From an uncultured Chloroflexia bacterium (GTDB lineage Bacteria; Chloroflexota; Limnocylindria; Limnocylindrales; CSP1-4), in the NCBI GenBank assembly GCA_963712745.1, contig CAVQJC010000011.1, positions 160,001 to 224,000 of the forward strand: a stretch of DNA of 64,000 bases, written 5' to 3'. The position numbers and the translations under genes were made by a program. Under the pieces are notes generated by a model. The model saw only the letters and a list, made by a program, of their open reading frames with translations, ran no database searches and was not told where the DNA came from. Shown here piece after piece: positions 46,986-59,208 of the stretch; position 1 is the stretch's first letter, and each line of letters starts with the position of its first letter.

Positions 46986-48173
46986 ATGCCCAGATCGATC
47001 GGCATCGGCCTTATCGGCTTCGGCTGGATGGGCCATGCTCACGCGCGCTCCTATCGCAGCATCCCGGTCTACTTCCCTGAGGCCGGTCTGACACCGCGAC
47101 TGGTGGCGGTGGCCGACACGGATCCGGCACGGGTCCAGGAGGCGGTCTCCCATTTCGGCTTCGAGTCCGGCACCGACGATTACCGGGAGCTGCTCGACCG
47201 TGACGACATCGACGTCATCGACATCACCGCACCCAATGGCCTGCACCAGGAGCTGGCGGAGGCCGCCGCCGCGGCGGGCAAGCACGTGTTCTGCGAGAAG
47301 CCGGTGGGCGTGGACCCGGCGGCCACGGCCAGCATCGAGGCAGCAGCGCGCCGGGCTGGCGTCATCACCGGCTGCGGCTACAACTACCGCTGGGCGCCAC
47401 TGGTGCAGTACCTGCGGGGCCTCATCGCCGAGGGTCGTCTCGGAGAGCTGACCCACTACCGCGGCCGCTTCTTCACGATGTACGGGCGCGACCGCCTGGG
47501 ACTGCTCTCATGGCGCTTCCTGCTCGATGAGGGCGGCTTCGGCGTGCTCAACGACGTCATGCCCCACGTCATCGATATGGCTCAGCACCTGTGCGGGCCC
47601 ATCACCCGCGTGGTCTCGGTGAAGGAGATCTTCGTCCGGCAACGTCCTCTGCCCAAGCCCGGCGCGGCCGCCCACTACCAGCGCGGCGAGCCGGGGGACC
47701 CGACCGGCGAGGTCACCAACGAGGACTACGTGGGGGCACTCGTGGAGTTCGCCAGCGGGGTGCGCGGGACACTGGAGGTCGACCGTTCGATCTTCGGGCC
47801 CCAGTCGTCCATGGCCTTCGAGCTCAACGGCTCCAAAGGCGCTGCCGGCTGGGACCACGAGAAGCTCAACCAGCTGCAGCTGTACCTGCCCGAGGAGCAG
47901 CCGACCGATGGCTTCCTCGAGGTCCTCGCCGGCGACACCCTGCCGCACCAGGGCAACCTGGTCCCCGGCGCGGGCAACTCCCTGGGCTACGAGGACATGA
48001 AGATCATCGAAGCCCTCGAGTTCTGCCGCGCGGTGGCCGAGGAACGGCCCTTCGATCCCGGCTTCGAGGCAGCGCTGGCGAACGCCTCGGTGGCCGCGGC
48101 CATGGTCCGATCCTGGGAGTCCGAGCGCTGGGAGGACGTGGTCAGCTTGCGTATCGCGGACGGCGAGGGCTAG
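46986..48173 (+). CDS. Gfo/Idh/MocA oxidoreductase (inositol dehydrogenase-like)
   Basis: GFGWMG, CEKP, GYNYR, D...H; AAGGAGG RBS. Confidence 0.88.
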   Translation: MPRSIGIGLIGFGWMGHAHARSYRSIPVYFPEAGLTPRLVAVADTDPARVQEAVSHFGFESGTDDYRELLDRDDIDVIDITAPNGLHQELAEAAAAAGKHVFCEKPVGVDPAATASIEAAARRAGVITGCGYNYRWAPLVQYLRGLIAEGRLGELTHYRGRFFTMYGRDRLGLLSWRFLLDEGGFGVLNDVMPHVIDMAQHLCGPITRVVSVKEIFVRQRPLPKPGAAAHYQRGEPGDPTGEVTNEDYVGALVEFASGVRGTLEVDRSIFGPQSSMAFELNGSKGAAGWDHEKLNQLQLYLPEEQPTDGFLEVLAGDTLPHQGNLVPGAGNSLGYEDMKIIEALEFCRAVAEERPFDPGFEAALANASVAAAMVRSWESERWEDVVSLRIADGEG

Positions 48174-48177
48174 GCCT

Positions 48178-49176
48178 GTGGGCTACGACCTCATCACCGT
48201 CGGGCGCGTGACCATGGACCTGCTCGCGCAGGACATCGGGGTGCCCTTCGAGGAGGTCACCGGCTTCGACACCTCGGTCGGCGGCAGCCCTACCAACATC
48301 GCCATCGGGGCGGCGCGCCTGGGCCTGCGGCCGGTGGCCTTCACCGGTGTCGGCGACGATCTCGTCGGCGACTACGTGCTGCGCTATCTCAACGATGCGG
48401 GCGTAGATACGCGGTACATCGTGCGCAAGCCGGGCAAGCGCACCTCGCTGGCGCTGGTGGCCATCCAGCCTCCGGACCGGTTCCCACTCACCTTCTATCG
48501 CCAGGACCCCGCGGACATCTACCTTACGGCCGATGATGCGGAGGCCTTGCCCTTCGATGAGACTTCCGCGCTGCTGCTCTCCGGCAATGCCTTCAGTCGC
48601 GGCAGCTGTGCCGAGGCGGCACGCCACTGCGGCGAGCGGGGCAGGGACGCGGGCGCCACCACCTACATGGACCTCGACCTGCGCCCGACCGAATGGGCGG
48701 AGCCGCGAGACTACGGCCGGACCCTGCGCCCGGTGCTGGCGCTGGCCGACGTCCTCATCGGTACCGAGGAGGAGTGCCACGCAGCGCTGGCGCCAGCACC
48801 CGATGCCGTCATCGCGGGCGAGCCGCTCACCGACGCCGACCACGCCGCGCTCGACGACCGACTCGACGCTCTGCTGGGGGAGGGCACGGTCGGGACCGTG
48901 GTCATCAAGCGAGGTCCGCGGGGTGCGACGGTGCTTACCGCCTCGGAGCGTACGGACGTGCCGGGCTTCACGGTCGGTGCCGTCAACACCGTCGGTGCCG
49001 GGGATGCCTTCGCGGCCGGGCTCATCCGCAGCCGGCTGGCCGGCCAGGATTGGGAACAGGCGACGCGCTACGCCAGCGCCTGCGGCGCGATCCAGGTCAC
49101 GCGCCACGGCTGCTCGGCGGTGTTCCCCACCGAGGCCGAGGTTTCCGACTTCATCGACCAGCACGGAGGGCTCTGA
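48178..49176 (+). CDS. iolC: 5-dehydro-2-deoxygluconokinase (PfkB family)
   Basis: YDLITVGR..MDL, GGSPTNIA, PPDRFPL.FYR, DLDLRP, GAGDAF. Confidence 0.85.
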   Translation: MGYDLITVGRVTMDLLAQDIGVPFEEVTGFDTSVGGSPTNIAIGAARLGLRPVAFTGVGDDLVGDYVLRYLNDAGVDTRYIVRKPGKRTSLALVAIQPPDRFPLTFYRQDPADIYLTADDAEALPFDETSALLLSGNAFSRGSCAEAARHCGERGRDAGATTYMDLDLRPTEWAEPRDYGRTLRPVLALADVLIGTEEECHAALAPAPDAVIAGEPLTDADHAALDDRLDALLGEGTVGTVVIKRGPRGATVLTASERTDVPGFTVGAVNTVGAGDAFAAGLIRSRLAGQDWEQATRYASACGAIQVTRHGCSAVFPTEAEVSDFIDQHGGL

Positions 49177-50029
49177 TGACACGACACCATCTGCGATCGA
49201 GTTCCGGACCCGGTAGCGTCCTCGAGGTCAGCCCGGCGTCCGTCGGCTGGACCAGCCTCGACTTCTCCGTCCTCGCGCTCGAGGCGGGCACGTCGCACAC
49301 CCTCGAGAGCGGCGGCCGCGAGGTCGCGCTCGTCCCACTCGAGGGCGGCATCCGGGCGGAGGTCGGCGACGGGACGCATCTGCTGCAGCGCTCGTCGGTC
49401 TTCGCCGAGATGCCGCATGTGCTGTATGTGCCGCCCGGCCACGACGGTTCGACTCACGGCCGAATCGCGCGCTGAGGTCGCGATCGGGGGCGCTCCCGCG
49501 GACGGGCGCTACCCGGTGCGGCTGTTCACGCCCGGCGAGATGCGCTCCGAAGTGCGAGGCGGGGGTAGCGCGACGCGGCAGGTCAACCACATCCTGGCCC
49601 ATCCGCTGCCGGCCGAGCGGCTCATCCTCTACGAGGTCTACGTGCCCGCGCGGCGGCTGGTCGGGCTGGCCGCCCCACTGCCACGACGGCTACGAGGGCT
49701 CGCCCTACCTGGAGGAGACCTACTACTTCCGGCTCGATCCGGCGGACGGCTGGGCCATCCACCGCAACTACCGGGTGGACACCGACTTCGACGAGACGTT
49801 CGCGGTGGGAGACCGCGACGTGGTCTGCGTGACCCAGGGCTTCCACTCGAGTGCGGCCGCGCCCGGCTCGCACATGTACTTCCTCAACTACCTCGCGGGC
49901 GAGCTCGTCGACGACGACCGGCGCATCCCGCCCTTCTTCCAGCCCGAGTACCGCTGGATCGACGGCAACTGGGAGCAGGATGCGATGACCCTGCCGGCGG
50001 TCACGCCCGGGGGTGCCCGGCGTGGCTGA
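49176..50029 (+). CDS. iolB: 5-deoxy-glucuronate isomerase (frameshifts ~49443 and ~49650)
   Basis: R.SVF, LYVPPG, EVRGGG, WSGWPPHCHD...LEETYYF, GFH, MYFLNYLAG across frames. Confidence 0.85.
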
Positions 50030-50991
50030 GCGCCTGCCCCTGACCCCCGGCAAGGCGCGCGGGCTGGCCACTGCGTCGACCCGCGAGGGCATCTTCACCG
50101 TCCTCGCCATCGACCACCGCGACTCGCTGCGGGTGGTGCTCGACCCTGCGGACCCCGCCGGCGTCCCGCCGGCGACCCTCACCGCCCTCAAGCTGGACCT
50201 GCTGCGCGGCCTGGCCGACGGGGCCAGCGCGGTCATGCTCGAGCCCGAGTTCAGCGCCGCCCAGGCCATCGTCACCCGCTCGCTGCCCGGGCTCGGTCGG
50301 CTTCCTGGCCGCCATCGAAGCACAGGGCTACCTTGGTGACCCGAGCGCAACGCGCACGACCCTGCTGGAAGACTGGAGCGTGGGCAAGGCCAAGCGACTC
50401 GGTGCCAGCGGTGTCAAGTTGCTCGTCCTCTACCGTCCCGACGGCGGCGCGGTCTCCGAGGCGCAGGAGCGCACGATCACCGAAGTCGTCAGCGGACTGC
50501 GCGCGCCACGACATCCCCCTGTTCCTGGAGCCCCTGCTCTACGAGCGCGAGGGAGGATCGGCCGACCGACGTGCGCTGGTGGTGGAGACGGCGCGCCGCC
50601 TCGGTCGCCTGGGCCCGGACGTGCTCAAGGTCCAGTTCCCGCTCGACACCGGCACCGACGACGACCGCGCGGCCTGGCGCGACGCCTGCGCGGAGCTCGA
50701 CGACTGCGGCCCCGGTGCCGTGGGCGCTGCTGTCCGGCGGCGGCACCTTCGCGCGTTTCCGCGAGCAGCTCGCGGTGGCCTGCGAGGCCGGCGCGTCGGG
50801 CTTCATGGTCGGGCGCGCGCTGTGGGGCGAGTACGTGACCTCACCACCGGAGCGGCGGCAGGAGTTGATGCGCGAGTCCCTCCAGCCCCGCTTCGCCGAG
50901 CTGGCCACCATCGCCACCCGCGACGGACGGGACTGGGTCGACCCGGTTCGATCTGCCGGCCGTCGACGACCAGTGGTACCGGACCTACTGA
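50022..50991 (+). CDS. Class I tagatose-bisphosphate/sulfofructose-phosphate-type aldolase (LacD family), several frameshifts
   Basis: LTPGKARGL, LAIDHRDSL, GVKLLVLYRPD, FLEPL, DVLKVQFP, WALLSGG, GASGFMVGRALW. Confidence 0.82.
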
Positions 50992-51011
50992 TGAAGGCGT
51001 GGCCGTTCCGG

Positions 51012-52057
51012 TCAGCCTCCGGAGGCGGTCCCCGACGACGGTCCCTCCAGCCCGGCTGCCTCGAACAGGCGAGCGATGAGGCGCATGTTGGCAGCGGCAT
51101 CCTCGGCTGGCACGGGCACCGGGCCGCCGTCGATCACGGCGCGAGCGAAGGCCGTGGCCTCCAGGCCGTACTGGTCGGCAGCGGCCACCTCGATCGTGCG
51201 CAGGCTCGAGTGATGCGGATGAGCGTCGCCACCGCCCGCGATGGTGATGGTCGTGACGTGGCCGGCCGGGCAGTTGAAAGGGTCTGCGACCGAGAGCCAG
51301 CCCTTGGTGCCGTGCAGGCGCACCCGGTGGTCGGGCTCCTGCTCCATCGAAGCGGTGAACACCGAACGGGCATCGCCGTAGTCGAGGATGGCACTGAAGG
51401 TCAGGTCGATCTCGCCGGCCGGGTCGAGGCGCGCAGAGGCCTGCACCGACGACGGCTCGTCGCCGAGCAGCCAGCGGCTGAGATTGACGGCATAGCAGCC
51501 TACGTCGAGCAAAGCGCCACCACCGCGAGCCATCGTCATGCGGTAGTCCGACGCTGCCAGCTGCGAACGGAAGACGAACCAGATCTCCAGGTCGGTGAGT
51601 CGGCCGATGGCGTCCTCGGCGAGCAGTCGCCGCACCTCCGCCCAGGCCGGGTGGAAGCGGTACATGAACGCCTCCATCAGCAGCACCCCGCGGTCGCGAC
51701 AGTAGTCGGCCACGGCCTTGGCCTCGGCCGCGTCCAGCGTCAGGGGCTTCTCGCAGAGGATGTGCTTGCCCGCGTCCGCGGCTGCGCGGATCCAGGGCGC
51801 GTGCAGGTCGTTGGGCAGCGGGATGTAGACCGCGTCGATGTCGGGATCGGCCAGCAGGGCCTCGTAGCTGCCGTACACGCGCTCGATGCCGAACTCGGCG
51901 CGCCGCGGCCTCACCTCTGGATCGGTCGCGCGAGGCCACCGCGGTCAGTTCGCACAGCTCGGCGTCGCGGATGGCCTCGAAGACGTAGTTGCGCGCGATG
52001 CGGGCCGTGCCCAGCACGCCCCAATGGACGGTTCGCGCCTGCTTCCCGGTCGCTCAT
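51012..52057 (-). CDS. Gfo/Idh/MocA oxidoreductase (frameshifts ~52035 and ~51900)
   Basis: WGVLGTARIA, VYIPLPN, CEKP, EAFMYRFHP, GGGALLDVGCY. Confidence 0.87.
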
Positions 52058-52117
52058 GATCGCTCCCTCCGTGGCTGGCCCTGACCGCGCCAGCGTACTC
52101 GACCGCGCTGGTGCGTC

Positions 52118-53135
52118 ATGGGCCTGAGGCGGCCGACCATCGTGGACGTGGCCGAGCGGGCGGGCGTGTCCAAGTCGCTGGTCTCGCTGGTCATGCGCGG
52201 TTCGCCGCGCGTCGGTGATGACAGTCGTCGGGCCGTCATGGAGGCAGCGCGCGAGCTCGGCTACCGGCCCAACGCCGTGGCCCGAAGCCTCGTGCGGCAG
52301 TCGTCTCGGGGTCTTCGGCTGCATCCTGTCCGACCTGCACAACCCCTTCTTCGCCGACGTCGCCGACGGCATCGAGGAAGGCCGCGACCAAGGGCGGCTA
52401 CCGAGCCATCCTGAGCGCCGGGTTCCTCGACCCGGCGCGTGAGGCCGGCGCGGTCGAGACGCTGCTGCAGCTGCAGGCCGATGGCCTGATCATGCTCGGC
52501 CCGATGATGGCCATGTCTGCGCCATCGAGGACGACGGCCCGTCACATCCCGGTCGTGGTGGTCGGCCACGACACGCACGCGGGTTCGATGGACTCGGTGC
52601 GCAACGACGACGAGGCCGGCGCGGCGGCGGTCGTGGACCACCTGGTCGGGCTCGGCCATGAGCGCATCGCGCACATCCACGCCGGAGCGGTCGGCGGCTC
52701 TCGCGGGCGCCGCGAGGGCTACGAGGCGGCCATGGTGCGCCATGGCCTCGGCGACCACGTCCGCAGCGTGCGCGGCGCCTTCACCGAGGACGGCGGCATG
52801 CGTGCGATGGGCTCCATCATCGAGAGCGGAGACCTGCCCACGGCGGTCTTCGTGGCCAATGACTTGGCCGCCATGGGTGCGCTCGAGGCGCTGGCAGCCG
52901 GCCGGGACTCCGCGTCCCCGACGACGTCTCGCTCGTGGGCTACGACGACATCATCACCTCGCACAGCGCGCGCGTGGCGCTCACGACGGTGGCGCAGCCG
53001 TCGGTGGAGATGGGCCGGACCGCGGTCAACCTCCTCCTCGAGCGCGCCGAGGGGGGACGTGCCGAGTCCCGCCACATCGTCCTGCCGCCGCGACTGGTCG
53101 TGCGTGGCTCGACCGCTGCTCCGGCCGCACGATGA
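52118..53135 (+). CDS. LacI-family transcriptional regulator (several frameshifts)
   Basis: TIVDVAERAGVSKSLVSLV, LGYRPNAVARSL, NPFF, ANDLAAMG, GYDD, LTTVAQP. Confidence 0.9.
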
Positions 53136-55116
53136 GCCACGAGCCAGCCGTCCTCTGGCGGCCCCCGGCCGATGCCGCGTACCAGTACCGGCATGGGTCG
53201 CTGGCTCGGGTGGCTGGAGCGCGAGCGCGGACTTGCGCTTCGACGACTACGACGCGGCCTGGCGTGGTCGACGACGCGAGCTGGGCGCCTTCTGGGAGTC
53301 GGTCTGGGACTACTACGGGGTCCGCTCCGAGACGCCGTACGAGCGAGCGCGCTCGAGGGCGCTGGCATCGCCGACGCTCGCTGGTTCGGTGGAGCACAGC
53401 TCAACTTCGCGGAGCATGCGCTCCGGCTCAGCGGGCGAGCCGATGACGACGTCGTGGTGCTGGCGCGGTCACAGACGCGCGAGCCGATGGCGCTGACGGC
53501 CGCGGAGCTTCGCGACCAGGTCGCACGCGCCCGGACCGGCCTCGTCTGCCCTGGGGGTCGGACGCGGGGACCGGGTCGCTGCCTACGTCTCCAACATCCC
53601 CGAGGCGCTCGTGGCCTTCCTCGCTACCGCCGGCCTCGGAGCCATCTGGTCGTCGTGCTCGCCGGAGCTGGGCGCGCGAACGGTGGTCGATCGTTTCGGC
53701 CAGATCGAGCCCGTGGTGCTCGTCGCGGTCGACGGCTATCGATACGGCGACCAAGGTCATCGACCGAGCCGGCGAGGTCACTGCCGTCGCAGAGGCACTG
53801 CCGAGCCTTCGTGCGGTGGTGGTCATCCCGCATCTCGATGAGCGAGCCGGGTCGCATCCCCGGAGCGCATGCCGTGGCAGGAGCTCCTCACGCACGGCTC
53901 GCGGGTCGCGGTCGAGGCGGTGCCCTTCGAGCACCCGCTCGCCATCCTCTACTCGTCGGGTACGACCGGGCCGCCCAAGCCCATCGTGCATGGCCACGGA
54001 GGGCTGTTGCTCGAGCACCTCAAGCTGCTCGGCCTGCACACCGACCTGGGCCCGAGCGATCGCTTCTTCTGGTTCACCACGACCAGCTGGATGATGTGGA
54101 ACTACCTCACTTCCGGGCTGCTCGTCGGCTCCACCATCGTGCTCTTCGACGGCGACCCGGCCACGCCCGACCTGGGCTGCCTGTGGGAGCTGGCCGCAGG
54201 AGCACGGGCGTCACCTACTTCGGCGCCGGTGCCCCGTTCTTCATGGCCTGCCGCAAGGCCGGTCTGGAACCGCGGGCGTCGTACGACCTCTCCGCGACTG
54301 CGCGGCGTCGGCTCCACCGCGGCGCCGCTGCCGGCCAGTGGCTTCCACTGGATCGACGAGGCGGTGGCACCGGGGGTGCGGTCGGCTCGGTCTCCGGCGG
54401 CACCGACGTCTGCACCGGCTTCGTCGGCCCCAGCCCGCTCGTGCCGGTGTGGGCCGGAGAGATCAGCTGCCGCATGCTCGGTGCTGCCATCGTCGCCTAC
54501 GACGAGGCCGGCCGGGAGGTCGTCGGCGAGCGAGGCGAGCTCGTCATCACCCGGCCGCTGCCATCGATGCCGCTCGGCTTCTGGGGCGACCATGACGGTT
54601 CCCGCTACCGTGCCAGCTACCTCGAGGACCACCCCGGCGTCTGGCGCCACGGCGACTGGATCACCATCACCGAGCGCGGTTCCTGCCTCATCAGCGGCCG
54701 CAGCGACGCCACGCTCAACCGCGGCGGCGTGCGCCTGGGAACCGCGGACTTCTACAGCGTGGTCGAGGAGGTGCCCCAGATCGTCGACAGCCTGGTCGTC
54801 CACCTCGACGATGACGAGGGTGGACCGGGCGAACTGCTGCTCTTCGTGGTGCTCGCCGACGGACGCGGAGCTCGACGAGGAGCTGCGCCGTCGAGATCGC
54901 CAGCGCGCCTGCGCGCCCAGCTGTCACCCCGGCATGTGCCGGACCGCATCATGGCCGTCCGTGCCGATCCCCCGGACGCACTCGGGCAAGAAGCTGGAGG
55001 TGCCGGTCAAGCGCATCCTGCTCGGCGAGGCAGCCGAGCAGGTGGCATCACGCGGCGCACTCGCGGACCCCGCTGCTCTCGATGACTTCGTTCGACTCGC
55101 CGGGGAGCGAGCCTGA
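53132..55116 (+). CDS. Acetoacetate--CoA ligase (many frameshifts)
   Basis: [77 protein letters not shown]. Confidence 0.9.
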
Positions 55117-55142
55117 CGCTGCCCACACGCAAGGAGACCACC

Positions 55143-56367
55143 ATGAATCGAGCACCCGGGGGCGATGTCTTCGTCGTTTCTGCAGCACGCACGCCGATCG
55201 GCTCGCTCGGCGGTGCACTGGCCGGTGTGTCCGCAACACGGTTGGGCGCGGTCGCTATCGCGGCCGCCGTCGAGCGGGCAGGCGTCCCCGGCGAGCGGGT
55301 CGACGAGGTCTACATGGGCCAGGTGCTGCAGGCCGGCGCGGGGCAGGCACCTGCGCGCCAGGCGGCTCTCGGGTCCGGCCTGCCCGGAGTCCGTTCCGGC
55401 CACCACCATCAATCGCGTCTGCGGCTCGGGCCTCAAGGCCATCATGCTCGCCGCCGCGGCTATCAGGGCCGGCGATGCCGAGGTCGTGGTCGCCGGCGGC
55501 ATGGAGTCGATGAGCCAGGGTCCGTACCTGCTGCCGAAGGCGCGTTTCGGCTACCGGCTCGGCCACGGCGAGCTCGTGGACGCCACCGTGGCCGACGGCC
55601 TGTGGTGCTCCATCGAGGACTGTCACATGGGCACACACGCGGAGCGTGTCGCCATCGCCGAGTCCATCTCGCGAGCAGACCAGGACGCCTTCGCGCTGGA
55701 GAGTCATCGGCGCGCGGTGGCCGCCATCGACGCCGGCCGGTTCAGCGCCGAGATGGCTGCGGTCACCGTGACCGGCCGGCGTGGTGAGGAGTCGGTCGTC
55801 GATACCGACGAAGGGCCACGCCGGGACACCAGTGCCGACGCACTCGCGAGGTTGCGGCCTGCGTTCGCGTTGCCCGACGATGCCAGCGAGGGCGCGGGTG
55901 CGACCGTGACCGCGGGCAATGCGCCGGGCATCACCGACGGGGCCGCGGCCACGGTCGTGGCCGGCGAGCGGGCGGCGGCAGAGCTCGGCCTCCAGCCTCT
56001 GGCCCGGATCGTGGGCTACGCCCAGGCGGAGCTGGCTCCTCGCTGGCTGTTCCTCGCGCCGGTAGAGGGCGTGCGCTCGCTCGAAGCGCGCACCGGTCTG
56101 GGGGTGGCTGACTATGACCTCATCGAGATGAACGAGGCCTTCGCCTCCCAGGTCCTCGCCGACGTCCGCGCGCTCGGCGCGGACTCGTCGCGGGTGAATG
56201 TCAATGGCGGCGCCATCGCCCTGGGTCACCCCATCGGGGCGTCCGGTGCCCGTATCGTGGCCACCCTGCTGCACGAGCTGCGGCGACGCGACGGCCGCTA
56301 CGGACTGGCCACGCTGTGCCTGGGCGGCGGCGGCAGCGTGGCCATGGCCTTCGAGAACGTGCGCTGA
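55143..56367 (+). CDS. Acetyl-CoA C-acetyltransferase (thiolase), frameshift ~55385
   Basis: [37 protein letters not shown]. Confidence 0.93.
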
Positions 56368-56443
56368 GGCCGCAGGTACGGGTCAGCTGTCACCTGGTCG
56401 GATAGGCTGGCGCACGTCGCGCGTCGGCCCGCAGGGACGAGCC

Positions 56444-56481
56444 AGCCCGACCGGACGAGCGGAGCCCGACCGGACGAGCGG
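56444..56481. repeat. 19-bp perfect tandem repeat x2 plus a degenerate upstream unit
   Basis: AGCCCGACCGGACGAGCGG twice, between convergent genes. Confidence 0.8.
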
Positions 56482-56559
56482 AGCGCCCCGCCATCATCGG
56501 CGAGGCGCTCTGGGTGCTGGTTCCGACAGGCCGCCCTCACGCGGCTCAGACGGTCGGGC

Positions 56560-57735
<1,176 letters not shown>

Positions 57736-58222
57736 ACCGAAACACCTCCTCCACCGACCGGTCGCGGGCTCTTGCATCTGCCGACCGCATTGGCCTGCTG
57801 GACGAGCCCCGTACGCCTGCCGGGGATGCGGCCATCCTAGCATTCGTAGGCACGGGTCCAAAGCCGAGTGGGCCGGCGGTGGCGACCTCTGGACTCTGTC
57901 GGGATGGCTATTGGTGGGAATCGGCTCCGGCTTCGGACGACCCACCAGTCCGCCTCACGGTGTCGTCACCGCGGCACCGGCGCCGGTGACCGACCTACCG
58001 CGTGCGCATTCTTCGCAGTGATCGAAGGCGGCCGAGCCCAGGCGTCAGCTCTGGCCGGGTCACGACGACCCAGCCCTTCCTGCGTAACCTCTGCCAAGCT
58101 CAGGATCTGCGCTCCGAGGCCCGGATGACGGTGCTCGGCACCGATACGGCGACGCAAACCGTCTCCGAGGTTCGAAGCGTTCAATGACTGCGAAGAGTCG
58201 GCTTACGCTCGGTGCAGCCGGC

Positions 58223-58365
58223 CTACCGTTCGCGGACGAAGGCGATGAGGTCGCTGATGTAGCCGTGCGCCGGGCCGGTGACCGTGTCGGCAGCGCCGTA
58301 GTAGACGCTGATCCGGTCGCCCTCGGTCAACGCAGCGCAGGGGAAGAACACGCTGGGCGCGTACG
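58223..58365 (-). pseudogene. C-terminal remnant of a GH130-type glycosidase/phosphorylase
   Basis: PSVFFPCAAL..GDRISVYYGAADTV...GYISDLIAFV resembles the GH130 C-terminus (PNVVFP..YYGAAD); the rest of the gene is absent. Confidence 0.65.
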
Positions 58366-58835
58366 CGCTGAGCCTCTCGCCGGCCTTCACGCCGCGCTTC
58401 GCCGAGAGCCTGTTCATGCACTGGTTCCTGCCCGTCCTGTCCCTCTTCCTGGTGGGCTTCGGAGGCTGGGCCATCGGCATGCGCAACCTCATCATCTACG
58501 AGTTGGACGCAGACTGCAGCCGCCATCTCCAGTCGCTCGGTGCACCGGGCAAGCCGGTGCGCAAGTGCGCCTACCGCAATGCCCTCCTGCCACAGCTCAC
58601 CGGACTGGCACTATCGCTCGGCGTGATCGTCACCGGCGCCCTGGTGACCGAGGTCGTCTTCTCCTACCCCGGCCTGGGCTACCTGACCCTGCAGGCCATC
58701 AACTCGACCGATCTCTTCCTCCTGCAGGGCGTCTTCCGCTTCGTGATCATCGGCGTCCTACTGGCCAACTTCATCATCGACATCGTCTATGTCCTGGTCG
58801 ATCCCCGGGTCCGGCTCGGGATGGAGGACAGCTGA
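58356..58835 (+). pseudogene. C-terminal remnant of DppB/OppB-type ABC permease
   Basis: HWFLPVLSL, GMRN, degenerate EAA loop, RNALLPQ, TEVVFSYPGLG, ANFIIDIVYVLVDPRVR; N-terminal half missing. Confidence 0.8.
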
Positions 58836-59102
58836 TGAGCCAGATCGTGGCGCCCGAGCCCGCTGGTGGGCCCGGCGGCGTCGGGACAGGCACCCAGGCC
58901 AGGGCCCCCAGGAAGGTCGGCCGGGTCCGCGAGTTCCTCCTTTTCGCCCTTCGCGACAGGCGCATCTTCATCAGCCTCACCGTCATCGTCACACTCCTGC
59001 TCGTGGCACTGATCGGTCCTCAGCTGCGTGAGTACGGCCCAACCGACTACGTCGGGCTAGCTGGCCAGGCCCCATCCGCGGAGTACCGGTTCGGGAAGAC
59101 CA
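58835..59102 (+). pseudogene. N-terminal remnant of DppC/OppC-type ABC permease
   Basis: ATG overlaps the dppB stop; first TM helix plus APSAEYRFG, after which similarity is lost. Confidence 0.7.
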
Positions 59103-59208
59103 TGTGGTGGTGGTTCATGCCACGTCACCTGTGCCACCGTCGACGAGGACGGGGGCTGTGTCCAGAACCGGCCGGTCAAGGCCGCCTGACCCCATGGAGC
59201 GATCGAAC

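Noticed and set aside
40138-50991. Sulfoquinovose (sulfo-TAL or sulfo-EMP) pathway suggested by the transaldolase-like and LacD/YihT-like genes
   Set aside because: No GH31 sulfoquinovosidase, SQ isomerase or sulfolactaldehyde dehydrogenase recognised; the aldolase overlaps iolB. Not fully excluded
49176-56367. Programmed frameshifting or mass pseudogenisation
   Set aside because: No slippery heptamers seen; indels hit unrelated adjacent genes while catalytic motifs stay intact, which fits sequencing error better
56426-56484. CRISPR array
   Set aside because: Repeats are contiguous with no spacers, and no cas genes are present
58171-58184. LacI-like operator TTCGAAGCGTTCAA upstream of the MsiK-type gene
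   Set aside because: Imperfect dyad, single occurrence, next to decayed sequence; insufficient support
57736-58222. Riboswitch or ncRNA in the long intergenic region
   Set aside because: No known family motif recognisable by eye; an Rfam/Infernal scan would be needed
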